Numbered from the stretch's first letter, positions 24,580 through 34,030 are shown. The stretch is 34,127 nt of DNA from a virus (IMGVR_UViG_3300046786_000276:1-34127); one strand, 5' to 3'. Notes: generated by a model from the sequence alone, not told the origin. Program-made: numbers and translations.

Positions 24580-24884
24580 GTCGTCACCTCGCAGTCGAGC
24601 AGCCAGGCCAGGCCATTGAATCTGACGGACTGGATTCTGTGGTATTTGGTCCCCTGGGTGATGATCTCACCAACGCGGGGAGCCGGGGAGACCGCCCCAT
24701 CGACGAACTCGACGCGGCTGGTGGCCTCCCGGTCAAAGTCTGGGCTGTTCGGGAATGCTTTTTCCTCGAACGGCATCCAATTGACGACGGCCGACACGGA
24801 CGCACCACGGAAGGTCACCGCGTCCCCTGCCGTTGCCAGCAAGGTGGTGAATCCATCAGCGAGTGCCGTGTCGGCCGCGTTCAT
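24576..24884 (-). CDS. Head-tail joining protein (gpFII-like)
   Basis: GDAVTFRG...PRVGEIITQGTKYHRIQSV beta-barrel pattern; synteny. Confidence 0.6.
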   Translation of the reverse strand: MNAADTALADGFTTLLATAGDAVTFRGASVSAVVNWMPFEEKAFPNSPDFDREATSRVEFVDGAVSPAPRVGEIITQGTKYHRIQSVRFNGLAWLLDCEVTT

Positions 24885-24893
24885 TGGTTTGGC

Positions 24894-25109
24894 TTACTTC
24901 TTTCTGGGCTTTTCAGCCACAGGAGTAGGCTTCGACTCGGTGGTGAACTTGTGACGCTTCTCGCGGCCGCGGTCTTCGGACCACAGTTCGATGACGCCCA
25001 CACCGTTACCGCCTTCCTGCACGGTCGCTTTGAACTCCGCTTCGACCTTCGAGGCCAAAGCAGGGCCGAGAACAACCTTGCCGTCTGCGATCAGGATTCC
25101 GAGTCGCAT
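24894..25109 (-). CDS. Small hypothetical protein after the capsid gene
   Basis: Real start MRLGILIADGK (ATG 25109), 71 aa. Confidence 0.55.
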   Translation of the reverse strand: MRLGILIADGKVVLGPALASKVEAEFKATVQEGGNGVGVIELWSEDRGREKRHKFTTESKPTPVAEKPRKK

Positions 25110-25114
25110 GGCGA

Positions 25115-26005
25115 TTAGGCGGAGACGATGCGCTTGAGGGCAGAAGCCTCGCCAAGGGCGTAGCCGTAGAAGCACTCCAGCACGGCGACAACCTCGCCCT
25201 TGTCGTTGTCGTAGAACTCGCGGTAGCCGAGGGTGATGCCGGTGTTCTCGTCAGCCACGGGGCGGTAAATGCCGTCCTGGCTGCGGCCAGAGGGCTGGAG
25301 GTAACGCATCGCGGTCACCAGGGCGGACGGATAGGCGGCGAAGCCGACCAGGTTCTGAGCATTGGCCGGAACCAGGCTCGACCGGTAGGTCATGAAGCCG
25401 GACAGGTTCGGGAGGCTGCCGGTCTGGTTGGCAGTCGCGCCAAGAGCGGCCGCGTCCTTGATGACGGAGTCCTTCAACAGGGCGTTGTAGTAGCTTGACG
25501 ACAGCACCAGGCTCCGGGGCATCTCGGGCATATCGGCGGTGTCGCACGCGTCCTTGATGTCAACGATGTCGGCGTAGTCGAAGTTGGCGGCGAGGCCGGT
25601 GTGAGCGGCAGCACCGTAGTTCGCCAGGGTGACCGCGGACAGCACGTCCTGGAACACGGCCTTGGCCAACTGGAAACCTTTCTGCATACCGAAACGCTCA
25701 AGCGTCACGGCCGGGGATTTGGCGATGGCCACGTCCGACAGATACCAGGACACGAACTTGTGCTTGTTCAGCGTGATCGTGCGCTTGTTCAGCGTCGAGT
25801 CCTGGCGGGTGTAGGTGCCGGAGAAGTCCGCGGCAGCCGAGGCGGCCGGAACGTAGGGAACCTGGATGGTGTCGGACTTCGAGGCCGGAGCCGGGTCGAA
25901 GTCGGTGGTGAACGCCGACATGGGAGCGAAAGCTCCAACGAAGGCATCAAGGCCCGCCTGGGAAATGAGCGTCCCATTCAGGCCGGAGTCGAGGGTGTTA
26001 GCCAT
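25115..26005 (-). CDS. Major capsid protein (HK97 fold, P22-coat-like)
   Basis: 296 aa after the protease; DTIQVP, TITLNKHKFVSW, RSLVLSSSYYNALLKD, CFYGYA motifs; strongly biased codon use. Confidence 0.85.
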   Translation of the reverse strand: MANTLDSGLNGTLISQAGLDAFVGAFAPMSAFTTDFDPAPASKSDTIQVPYVPAASAAADFSGTYTRQDSTLNKRTITLNKHKFVSWYLSDVAIAKSPAVTLERFGMQKGFQLAKAVFQDVLSAVTLANYGAAAHTGLAANFDYADIVDIKDACDTADMPEMPRSLVLSSSYYNALLKDSVIKDAAALGATANQTGSLPNLSGFMTYRSSLVPANAQNLVGFAAYPSALVTAMRYLQPSGRSQDGIYRPVADENTGITLGYREFYDNDKGEVVAVLECFYGYALGEASALKRIVSA

Positions 26006-26029
26006 GGTGTTTGTTGGGTTTGGGTGATG

Positions 26030-27709
26030 TTACCGTTTGAGCAACTGGGCCTTGTTGACGGACCAGAAAGCTGTGCGCTGTTTGGGATCAGTGATCCGGT
26101 CGAACTCAGCGCGAAGATCGGCGGAAGATTTGCAACCACCAGCAGCCGGTGAACCAACCGGGTCGGCGCCGGGCTTCGGGGCTTGAATGGCGGCCAGCAA
26201 TTCGAAGGCCTTGGCATCGGCCTGGATCTGGGCGACCCAAGCGTCTTTGACACCAGCAGCGATGCGGCCGTCAGCGATGGCAGCATCCACAGTGGCTACA
26301 ACCTTGGCCTTTGCGATCTCGTCGAGGGCGGCCATGGCATCGTCCTTGGCCTTTTTGATGGCAGCGAAGTTGGCGTCGAACTCGGCGACCATGGCGTCTT
26401 CGGCCAGGTCAGCGGAGGAAATCAGACCAGCAGCGGTCAGACTCTGAAGCAGTTTTTGCATGGTTTGGGTGTTTGTTTCGTGATCCTGTGAGCTTTCAGT
26501 CGATGTGTTTTGCTGGTCCAACTGTCGGTACAAGGCTCGGAACCAGTCACGTCCGGCAGCACCGCCCCACAGATTTGCAGCAACGTCAGCCGGACTGTCG
26601 ACCTCGGAGTCAAGGAACCGCTCATTGCGAGCCCACCAACGATACGCTTTGCGGATCTTCGCCTCGGTCGGTGCTTCACCAGCCTTCAGGCTGCGGGCTT
26701 CCTTGACGGTTGCAGCTTCCAGTCCGTCCCCACCTTTGCCGTCCTCGACCTGTCGGACCCCCTTGTCAAATGCGCGGCGGGCAGCCTGGGGCGCGGTCTT
26801 GGAAACGGCTTTGATGTCACCGACCTCGGAGGTTTTGTCTTCGGTCTCAACGACCTTGAGATCTTCCACCTTGGTCAGTTGGGAAAAGTTCAACCCGGCG
26901 AGGATATCGCCTTCGATGAAAGCGTCGGTGCCAGGGATCTGTTGGTACCGCTTAATCAACGCAGCGGGATCGGCCGCGGATGCTTCCACTCGGATGCCAG
27001 CATCGGGAACTTCGAGGATTCCGCTTCGGGAGATTTCGATGATCTCACCATAGGCCATTCCACCGGTTTCTGTCCAACCGACGCAGTCCTCAACAGATAG
27101 TTCAGCCGGTGACGCTCCCTGAACAAGTGCGGAAGGAGTGTGAGTGAATCGGTCTGCGCGAATCTGGGCTTTGATGGGTTGAGCATCGGTCAGGTCAGTC
27201 ACAAACCCATCGGAAAGCGCGGTTGCTCCGTCGATCCATGTTTCCGCGTCCATCATGGCTCGAATGGTCTCTTTGCCCTTTTTGGTCACCTTCGCGTAGA
27301 TGCCAGCAAGGGTTTCGCCCAATTTGTCGAGCAGGTCTGCCTGTTCGCGGAGATCTTTGGCTTCACCGATGGCCCCGGTCCACGGGTTGTGAATCATCAA
27401 ATAGGCCGATTCCGGCATCACCCGCTTGGTGCCAGCCATGGCAATGATTGAAGCGATTGAGGCTGCAATTCCGTCAACAGTCACCGTCACGTTGGGACGG
27501 GCAGAGAGGTAGTGGTAAATCGCCAAACCATCGAACACCGACCCGCCGGGCGAGTTGATGCGGATGTTCAATGGGCGATCCCCGAGGGCCTTCATGTCAC
27601 GAACGAACTGAGCAGCCGTGACACCCCAGCCGCCGATCTCGTCGTAGATGAAGACCTCAGTCGGTTGATCCGACTTGGCCTGTGCTTTGATCTCGTACCA
27701 GTTTTTCAC
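26030..27709 (-). CDS. ClpP-type prohead protease with two accessory domains and a C-terminal scaffold
   Basis: INSPGGSVFDG, DGIAASIAS (Ser), LMIHNP (His), MDAETW; helical Ala-rich C-terminus. Confidence 0.9.
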   Translation of the reverse strand: MKNWYEIKAQAKSDQPTEVFIYDEIGGWGVTAAQFVRDMKALGDRPLNIRINSPGGSVFDGLAIYHYLSARPNVTVTVDGIAASIASIIAMAGTKRVMPESAYLMIHNPWTGAIGEAKDLREQADLLDKLGETLAGIYAKVTKKGKETIRAMMDAETWIDGATALSDGFVTDLTDAQPIKAQIRADRFTHTPSALVQGASPAELSVEDCVGWTETGGMAYGEIIEISRSGILEVPDAGIRVEASAADPAALIKRYQQIPGTDAFIEGDILAGLNFSQLTKVEDLKVVETEDKTSEVGDIKAVSKTAPQAARRAFDKGVRQVEDGKGGDGLEAATVKEARSLKAGEAPTEAKIRKAYRWWARNERFLDSEVDSPADVAANLWGGAAGRDWFRALYRQLDQQNTSTESSQDHETNTQTMQKLLQSLTAAGLISSADLAEDAMVAEFDANFAAIKKAKDDAMAALDEIAKAKVVATVDAAIADGRIAAGVKDAWVAQIQADAKAFELLAAIQAPKPGADPVGSPAAGGCKSSADLRAEFDRITDPKQRTAFWSVNKAQLLKR

Positions 27710-29142
27710 GCGGTTGTTGCTGCGGCGTTATTGCTCGAAAGCTCGTTGGGGTCGAGCGTCATTATCTCGGCCCGATCAACGTTGAACTCCTGGGCAAGCT
27801 GTTGTGCATAGGCAATTTCGGCCGCCTTTTGCCGCAATTGCTCGCGCCAGTCTTCGCCCGTCTCAGCGTAGATGCTTTGAAGCGTGCGCATCCCCGTCTT
27901 GAACTCAGCCACCGCAGCGGCGGAATTGCGACCCACGTCCACATTGATCGACCTCGGAGCGCGAAAGGTCGACCGATACCAGTCAGCCGGAGCCGGACGC
28001 ATGAAAGGCTCGGTGCGGATTCCAGATTCGATGACGTATTCGTACACCCGGCGAAGGTGGTCAGCAATGACGGCAGACCTGGAGCGGAAGAACGCATTGG
28101 CAATGTCCAGGACAGACCGCATCGAAGTCCCCTGCATCGAAGTCGGGAGGACGATTTCCTTCGGCACTCCGATGCCCGCACAGACCTTGCTGGTCAGGTA
28201 ATCCCAGTAACCGCTGGTCGCCGCAGACGGACGCTCGACCTTGAATTGGTTGAACTCGTCCCCGTGTTTGAGAACCGCGACCTCGCCACCGAAAACGTCT
28301 TTGTAGTAATCGGCCCGCTCGACCCCGTCAGAACCTGTGACAGTCCCGCGGATGATGTCGTCATCGGTTACCTCGCCTTCCTTGGTCTTGATGACGTTCT
28401 GCACCTTCGAGGCTGCCTTGGCGGCTTGCATCTCGAAGATTTGGAGGTCGTCCAAGTCGTGGAGGTCGTTCATGACCGGGTAAAGCGCCGGCAATCCACG
28501 ATATTGACCAGGGCGTCCAGGCTCGAAGACATGGACAACGAACTCGGCATCGACCCGTTGGAAAACGTCCTGCCGTTTACCGTCCTCGGTCGTGATCCAA
28601 TAGGCGATGGGACGGCCCCGTTCATCGACCTCGACACCGTCGATGACCGTGCGCTTGTCCTGGACAGGCGGACTTTTCACCCGGTGGGATTCCACCAACT
28701 GAATGCGCGGGTTGCCGCTATCGCCTCGGGTCAAAACGATGAAGATCTCGCCATCGACAAACAACGCACGGGCAACGATGCCCTGGAGGCTGCCGAATGA
28801 CAGCCTGGATGACAGGTCAGCAAACCGTTGCCAGTCCCGCCAGTAACTCAGCGCGGAAGCGTTCCAGGCGGCATCGGATGAAGACGGGAAGAACGCCAAA
28901 CCCTGCCCGACAGTGTACTGTTCGAACAGGTCAGCGATCCGATTCACGAAGGCGTTGTTGCGCTCGAAATATCGGGACCGACGAACCAACTCGTAACGGC
29001 TGTAAGGGTCGATGTCGAAACTGGCCGACTGGACCGAACCGTGCAGGGTCGAACGCTGCGTGGAATGGCGAGCCCCCTCGTAACGTGCGCTCGGGGCGAC
29101 GACGAACCGGGTAGCGGCGGCGAGGCGTCGAAGGAGGTTCAT
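27706..29142 (-). CDS. Portal protein, lambda family
   Basis: RSRYFERNN, DGVEVDERGRPIAYW, RPGQYRGLP motifs. Confidence 0.92.
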   Translation of the reverse strand: MNLLRRLAAATRFVVAPSARYEGARHSTQRSTLHGSVQSASFDIDPYSRYELVRRSRYFERNNAFVNRIADLFEQYTVGQGLAFFPSSSDAAWNASALSYWRDWQRFADLSSRLSFGSLQGIVARALFVDGEIFIVLTRGDSGNPRIQLVESHRVKSPPVQDKRTVIDGVEVDERGRPIAYWITTEDGKRQDVFQRVDAEFVVHVFEPGRPGQYRGLPALYPVMNDLHDLDDLQIFEMQAAKAASKVQNVIKTKEGEVTDDDIIRGTVTGSDGVERADYYKDVFGGEVAVLKHGDEFNQFKVERPSAATSGYWDYLTSKVCAGIGVPKEIVLPTSMQGTSMRSVLDIANAFFRSRSAVIADHLRRVYEYVIESGIRTEPFMRPAPADWYRSTFRAPRSINVDVGRNSAAAVAEFKTGMRTLQSIYAETGEDWREQLRQKAAEIAYAQQLAQEFNVDRAEIMTLDPNELSSNNAAATTA

Positions 29143-29498
29143 CGGATCAGGTTCGAGAAGTCGTTGCGGAAGGAACGGATGGGTTTCAGCCGTGCCATCA
29201 TGTACGCATACCGGGTGGCGTCTGTCACGTTCCCAGCGGAGACGGCATCGTCGTACAGGTCCAGCAGCCTCGAATAGGTCTCAGCCATCTCGGTCGGGGT
29301 GACACCCTCCTGGGCATTGACCTGGAAGGTAACCGATCGCCCATTGCCGGTGGTCTGCTGGAGAACCTTGCCAGTCTCCAGGGCATGGACAGCCTCGTTG
29401 TTGAGCGAGTTGAGCTTGTCCAGCAACGTGGCTCCGTGGGTCACGGTCGAATAGACGTGACGCAGGAGGCCGCGGGCGAATGCAGAGGAAACTGCCAC
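29139..29498 (-). CDS. Head completion protein (gpW-like position)
   Basis: Between TerL and portal; TTGNGRSVTF hairpin resembles gpW. Confidence 0.55.
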   Translation of the reverse strand: MAVSSAFARGLLRHVYSTVTHGATLLDKLNSLNNEAVHALETGKVLQQTTGNGRSVTFQVNAQEGVTPTEMAETYSRLLDLYDDAVSAGNVTDATRYAYMMARLKPIRSFRNDFSNLIR

Positions 29499-29556
29499 GA
29501 TTCAAAGTCCGCACGATCAGCCGCCGGACGCTAGGGTTGGGTTGGCCCGTCGTTGC

Positions 29557-29742
29557 TCATTTCCGCCCGTGACGGCGTTCTGCCCTTGGTTGCGGGTGTT
29601 TGGTTAGCCAGATGAGAGCCTCGCCAAGCCTGGCCCGCCCACCAGGCATTGGGAACCCTCGGGCCTTCATCGCGTAGACGTAGGAAGGAGCCCGCTTGAG
29701 CATGGCGGCGAGTTCCTTGGTCGTCAGTAGGTCAGTCTGCAT
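29557..29742 (-). CDS. Small excisionase/Nu1-like winged HTH protein
   Basis: MQTDLLTTKELAAMLKRAPSYVYAMKARGFPMP..., 61 aa, overlapping the TerL stop. Confidence 0.65.
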   Translation of the reverse strand: MQTDLLTTKELAAMLKRAPSYVYAMKARGFPMPGGRARLGEALIWLTKHPQPRAERRHGRK

Positions 29743-31546
29743 TCGAGGCGGAGTTGATGCGAAGCCGGTTGTGGAAGATCGCGGCGGCCACCTGCATGAC
29801 TTCACAGTCGGCAAGGTGATTCGGCCATTTTGATGAACGGGGCAGCCACGTCCATGTCGTGCGACCTGTTGCGGACGACAGCCGGGCCACCTTTTGTTCG
29901 CAGTCCAGGTGCCGCCAGTATTCGGGCGAGGCCACATTGTCGGCAACCTCCCACCTGGTCCCTGTCTTGCCCTTTCGGAGGCGTTCAAGGATGTCCTTGG
30001 TCACGTCCGTCCCGAACTCCAGCAACTTGAGTTCGAGGCGTCCCTGTCTCCCGGCATTGTCGCCCACCCTGGGGTCAATTCCTCGGAGGAAAAACGGTTC
30101 ATCGACCCCGGTCTTGCTGTTTCGCCACCCCTTGCGCGGCATACCTTTCGACGGCATCCAACCGACCCAGAGCGGAACCCGGGCGGACCTTGGGAAGAAA
30201 CGACCCCACCGGAGGCATTCGGCATAAACGCTCGGTGCGTCATAGCCTGAGTCGATGACGACGTGGACGTCCTGGACCCCATGCTGGGCTTGTTTTTCCC
30301 TCACGTCGTGCCAGGTGTCCAACGGCCCGGCATCAATGGCCCTGGAAGATCCGTCCTCGTTCCAGGCACGAACCACGAACCAGAAGTGCGGGCTGGAAGC
30401 CTGACAGTCGACCGTCAAGAACTTGATCGCCTTGTCGGCCAGGCCCTCGGTGCCGGCGACGATCAATTCCTCACGTTGCCGCGGGGCGGCCTGGTTCTCC
30501 CAGGGCTCGGCCAAGTTTCCGTTGATGAAGCCCTGGAGCCCCAGGAGCGAATCCTGGGCTTCGAGAAACTGGACGGCCAAGTGGCCCCAGGTGCATTTCC
30601 GGTCGGGCGAGTAGAGGCTGGACAGGTGGTAGGATCGGACCCCGGGGAGGGCTCCCTTGTTCTCGGGGATCCATTGGCCGTGGCGCAGTCCGGCGACCTT
30701 TTGAGCGTCGGTCATCGACCCTTTGCAGAGTTGGCATTCGTACCGGGCTGAGGCTCGAACCTTGCCGAAGTCCCATTTGCCATCCTCCAACTTGGCGGCC
30801 TCGTCCCATTTGACCTGTCTCCATTCCAGTCGGATCGGCACCTTGCAATGCGGGCATGGGATGTAAAACCGACGCTGGTCCCCACGTAGGAACCGTTGCC
30901 AGATTCGGCCCTCGGTGGTTGTCGGGGTCGAGGTCAGGAACAGCTTTGACGAACTGAATGCCTTGAGTCGCTGCTCGGCCAGGTCCAGGGCGTCTGCTTC
31001 CCGTTCAGATGCCTGGGCGAACTTGTCAACCTCGTCGGCGACCAGGACGCGAACCGGGCGCGACGCCAGGTTGGCAGGGCTGTTCGATCCCACGAAGGTC
31101 AACGTCGAGCGGTCGAAGTGCTGTTCCAGGTTTGTCAGCTTGTCCCGATCTGTCGGAAAGTGTGCCACCAGGGCCGGGCAGTCCTCCAGCATCGGCAGCC
31201 ACCTGGATTTCGAGAACGACCTGGCCAGGTTCTCGGTCGGCATCAGCCAGAGGGCGGGCGACGGTTCGTTGTCGATCATCCAACCGAGCCCAGCCATCAG
31301 AGTCGTCGTTTTGCTGGTCTGACTGCCCCAGCAGAGCGTCATCTCGACGACTCCTGAGTCCTTCCAGCATTCCAACGGCTCCCGAACGTATGGCCGGACG
31401 CTGGTCGAGTATGGTCCAGGGTGTTCCGTCTGCCGGGAGGTCAATTTGAGGTTGGCCTCGGCCCACTGAACCACGGTCTGACGCGGGGTCGGACGATAGA
31501 GTCCGCGCCGAAACTCCAGCAGGTCGCGTTCGAGATCTGTCAGCAT
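29732..31546 (-). CDS. Terminase large subunit, lambda GpA family
   Basis: Probable start MLTDLERD (31546); GSQTSKT Walker A, LVADEVD Walker B, TSTPT, zinc-binding CPHC / CQLC, TVDCQ nuclease and NHLADC motifs. Confidence 0.93.
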   Translation of the reverse strand: MLTDLERDLLEFRRGLYRPTPRQTVVQWAEANLKLTSRQTEHPGPYSTSVRPYVREPLECWKDSGVVEMTLCWGSQTSKTTTLMAGLGWMIDNEPSPALWLMPTENLARSFSKSRWLPMLEDCPALVAHFPTDRDKLTNLEQHFDRSTLTFVGSNSPANLASRPVRVLVADEVDKFAQASEREADALDLAEQRLKAFSSSKLFLTSTPTTTEGRIWQRFLRGDQRRFYIPCPHCKVPIRLEWRQVKWDEAAKLEDGKWDFGKVRASARYECQLCKGSMTDAQKVAGLRHGQWIPENKGALPGVRSYHLSSLYSPDRKCTWGHLAVQFLEAQDSLLGLQGFINGNLAEPWENQAAPRQREELIVAGTEGLADKAIKFLTVDCQASSPHFWFVVRAWNEDGSSRAIDAGPLDTWHDVREKQAQHGVQDVHVVIDSGYDAPSVYAECLRWGRFFPRSARVPLWVGWMPSKGMPRKGWRNSKTGVDEPFFLRGIDPRVGDNAGRQGRLELKLLEFGTDVTKDILERLRKGKTGTRWEVADNVASPEYWRHLDCEQKVARLSSATGRTTWTWLPRSSKWPNHLADCEVMQVAAAIFHNRLRINSASNAD

Positions 31547-31550
31547 GGTG

Positions 31551-32417
31551 TCAGGCTTGTTTCTGGTGAATCTGACGGACGATTTTTGGCACCGTAGTGT
31601 CCCAGTCGATCGAATGGTGAATGCGTGGGTGCGCCGTTCCACTCATGGCACCCACCTTCACCGATGAAGGCATCGTCATCACCGTATAAAACGACTTCGC
31701 ATAGGTTCCATGCTGCAGATACATTTCTGTCAGGCCACCCTTTTGAGACTGCGTTTGAGCCTGAGTCAGCATCACGGCGAACGTGGTCATGAAAAGGTGA
31801 CCGCGGGAGCCGAGTGTCGTGTATGTTGAAACGTCCTCGTTCATGCGGGACACAAACGAGAAACGCCTTTCTGGAGAACAGAAAAACGAATTCATCGCCT
31901 TTCGATAGATCGGCGATTTGTAGACGGTCCCAGACTTCAAACCACCGATGAAATCGCCACCCTGGGCAATTGCGATTGACGACACATTGGTGGACCAAAA
32001 GAACCTTGTAACGGCAGCGAATATCGAGTCCAGGTCTTTGACCTTTTGGCCCTTCAGCTTCCCGTCCTCCGCATATCGGGACATGAACGACATGTAGTCA
32101 TCGTCCAGTTGGACAAAAGTCCTGATTCCAAGGCGTTCAGCGATATCGAAACACGCATTTCGAGGGTGGAGAATTGTCAGGTTGTTCGGGATGTTGTCGA
32201 AAGTGTCGATGCGTTTTCGGATCTCAGCCTTCGAGAACATTTCCACCATGCCGGGGAAGTTCCTCCGGTAGTCGGCCCCCTGTTTGTCTTCGTCATCAAC
32301 GACCAGGACGACCCGCCCGGTGTACCCGTGGCTTTTGAGTGTCCTGATTGTTTTGACGTTGTTCGCTCTGCCATGGGTCAGGATGAAGACAGCAAAAGTG
32401 CCAAGGTCGTTATCCAT
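31551..32417 (-). CDS. GT-A fold glycosyltransferase, GREB1/TET-associated (TAGT)-like
   Basis: Start MDNDLGTFAVFILTHGRA (32417, overlapping the upstream stop); VVDDED, QLDDDY (DxD), RMNEDV, GGLTEMY motifs. Confidence 0.75.
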   Translation of the reverse strand: MDNDLGTFAVFILTHGRANNVKTIRTLKSHGYTGRVVLVVDDEDKQGADYRRNFPGMVEMFSKAEIRKRIDTFDNIPNNLTILHPRNACFDIAERLGIRTFVQLDDDYMSFMSRYAEDGKLKGQKVKDLDSIFAAVTRFFWSTNVSSIAIAQGGDFIGGLKSGTVYKSPIYRKAMNSFFCSPERRFSFVSRMNEDVSTYTTLGSRGHLFMTTFAVMLTQAQTQSQKGGLTEMYLQHGTYAKSFYTVMTMPSSVKVGAMSGTAHPRIHHSIDWDTTVPKIVRQIHQKQA

Positions 32418-33186
32418 TTTGAGCGCGTTTTTGAATGTCCTCAATGGTCTTGGTCATCTCGACGTAACCGTTTTCGATGGCTGAATCCATGTCGACAACC
32501 ACCAGGGCTGATCGTTCCATCAGTTGCTGAACCTCCCGAGGGGCGTGGGCGTAGTATTCGGCGATGTTGCCGTAATTGAAGACAACGTGCCGATTGGCTG
32601 CCGCCAGCAACAGTGACTTTGCTTCAGGGTCAATATCGGCCGCATTGATTTCCTCAATCAAATCGGATGCCTTCGATGAATCGACCATCTCGTTCAGCTT
32701 GGGCTTGTCCCCCGTGATTTCGTAGATCAGACCCTTGATTTTGGTCGAATAGGCGTTATCGGCCTCCCCGTCGAGCGAACCGATCAGGTCTGTGATCTCG
32801 TCATCCGAGAAGCCGACCAGGTCCATCTCGAACCCGTCTTCCTTCAAGGTTGCCAATTCAGCCGCCAGCATTTTCTCGTCCCACCCGGCATTCAGGGCGA
32901 GCTTGTTGTCGGCAATGACGTAGGCTCGCACCTGGGAAGGGGTCAGGTGACCCAGGCGGATGCAGGGAATCATTTCGATCCCGAGTTTGCGGGCAGCCAT
33001 CACCCGGCCATGACCTGCGACAATCGTCCCTCGGGCGTCGATCAGGACAGGGTTGGTCCATCCGAACTCGACCATTGAGGCCGCAATTTGGGCGACCTGG
33101 TCAGGTGAATGGGTCCGACTGTTGTTTGCGTATGGGATCAGGTCTCCGATGGGGATCTCTTCGATTTGGTGTTCCGTTTTCTTCAT
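32410..33186 (-). CDS. ParB/Srx N-terminal domain fused to a glycosyltransferase-partner domain
   Basis: LIPYANNSRTH...FGWTNPVLID...AGHGR...IADNKLA (ParB-N); C-terminal YSTKI...AANRHVVFNYGNIAEYYAHA...SALVVVD domain that I recognise as commonly adjacent to this GT family. Confidence 0.8.
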   Translation of the reverse strand: MKKTEHQIEEIPIGDLIPYANNSRTHSPDQVAQIAASMVEFGWTNPVLIDARGTIVAGHGRVMAARKLGIEMIPCIRLGHLTPSQVRAYVIADNKLALNAGWDEKMLAAELATLKEDGFEMDLVGFSDDEITDLIGSLDGEADNAYSTKIKGLIYEITGDKPKLNEMVDSSKASDLIEEINAADIDPEAKSLLLAAANRHVVFNYGNIAEYYAHAPREVQQLMERSALVVVDMDSAIENGYVEMTKTIEDIQKRAQNG

Positions 33187-33797
33187 TTCCAGGGGTTGGT
33201 TTGGTAGAGGGTGGCAAGGGCGACCTCCTGAACCCAGCGTTCGAGCTCCTTTTCTGCGTGTTCAGGGTCATGGGGCGCAATCCGGCCCGAGAGTTGTTTT
33301 GGCATCGACTTCAGCAGCATCGACACCGCGCCGTCGTGGTCAGTCATCACCTTTCGCACCCAGTCGCCCGAGACGAGGGTCCGCTCGCGTTCTGACAGGG
33401 CAATGACCTCCTGCCGGGCCTGGGTCAGGTTCCTGGCTGCCTGGGCATGGATCGACACCAGGCGGCCGGCATCGGGTTGGGCAGCCTTCAAAGCCCTGAC
33501 CGTCAGCGCGTAGGCTGCCCGCTCAATTTGCCTTTGCCGTTCGTAGGCTCCCTGCGGAGTGTCCGCGGAGACCACGTTCGGGTCTGTCGGGGCCTGAGCC
33601 TCTGGGGGCCGATACGGTCCAGGATCTTGGGATGATCCCGAACCAGATTTCGGGATGTTCCCGGCCCGCTTCTGGGCAGACATTCCACGCCACTGGTCCG
33701 CGTCCTCTGGGGAGGTCAACGGCATCCCGGCCTTCACAAGCTGGGAGACCCGTCCCTTGGTTAGGCCGGAATGTTTGACGTAGTCCGACTGGGTCAT
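33183..33797 (-). CDS. Terminase small subunit (Nu1-like)
   Basis: N-terminal HTH (TQSDYVKHSGLTKGRVSQLVKAGMP), coiled coil, LKSMPKQLS; upstream of TerL. Confidence 0.7.
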   Translation of the reverse strand: MTQSDYVKHSGLTKGRVSQLVKAGMPLTSPEDADQWRGMSAQKRAGNIPKSGSGSSQDPGPYRPPEAQAPTDPNVVSADTPQGAYERQRQIERAAYALTVRALKAAQPDAGRLVSIHAQAARNLTQARQEVIALSERERTLVSGDWVRKVMTDHDGAVSMLLKSMPKQLSGRIAPHDPEHAEKELERWVQEVALATLYQTNPWK

Positions 33798-34012
33798 CGA
33801 AGGGTCTCCGGCAGGTTCTCAGGCTTTTCGTGCATGATCTGGCGAATCCCGAGGCTGATGGTCCGCAGCACCGGGGCGTCTGGCCTAGCATTCGGGGAAT
33901 GCTGGGCGGCGAATTGCTCCGGGGTCATCGTTCCAGCCCTGATTCTGGAAATTGCCCACTTGATCAGGTGGTGGCCGATGTTGAGGGCGACGTATTGGGC
34001 GGCGTCTTTCAT
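33794..34012 (-). CDS. Hypothetical protein
   Basis: 72 aa, C/A-rich leader, ATGA-coupled to TerS. Confidence 0.55.
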   Translation of the reverse strand: MKDAAQYVALNIGHHLIKWAISRIRAGTMTPEQFAAQHSPNARPDAPVLRTISLGIRQIMHEKPENLPETLR

Positions 34013-34030
34013 GGGTGGGTGGTGGGGGGT

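Noticed and set aside
32410-33186. ParB as a plasmid-prophage partition system or ParB-methyltransferase
   Set aside because: No ParA, no HTH after the ParB-N domain and no DPPY/FxGxG methyltransferase motifs.
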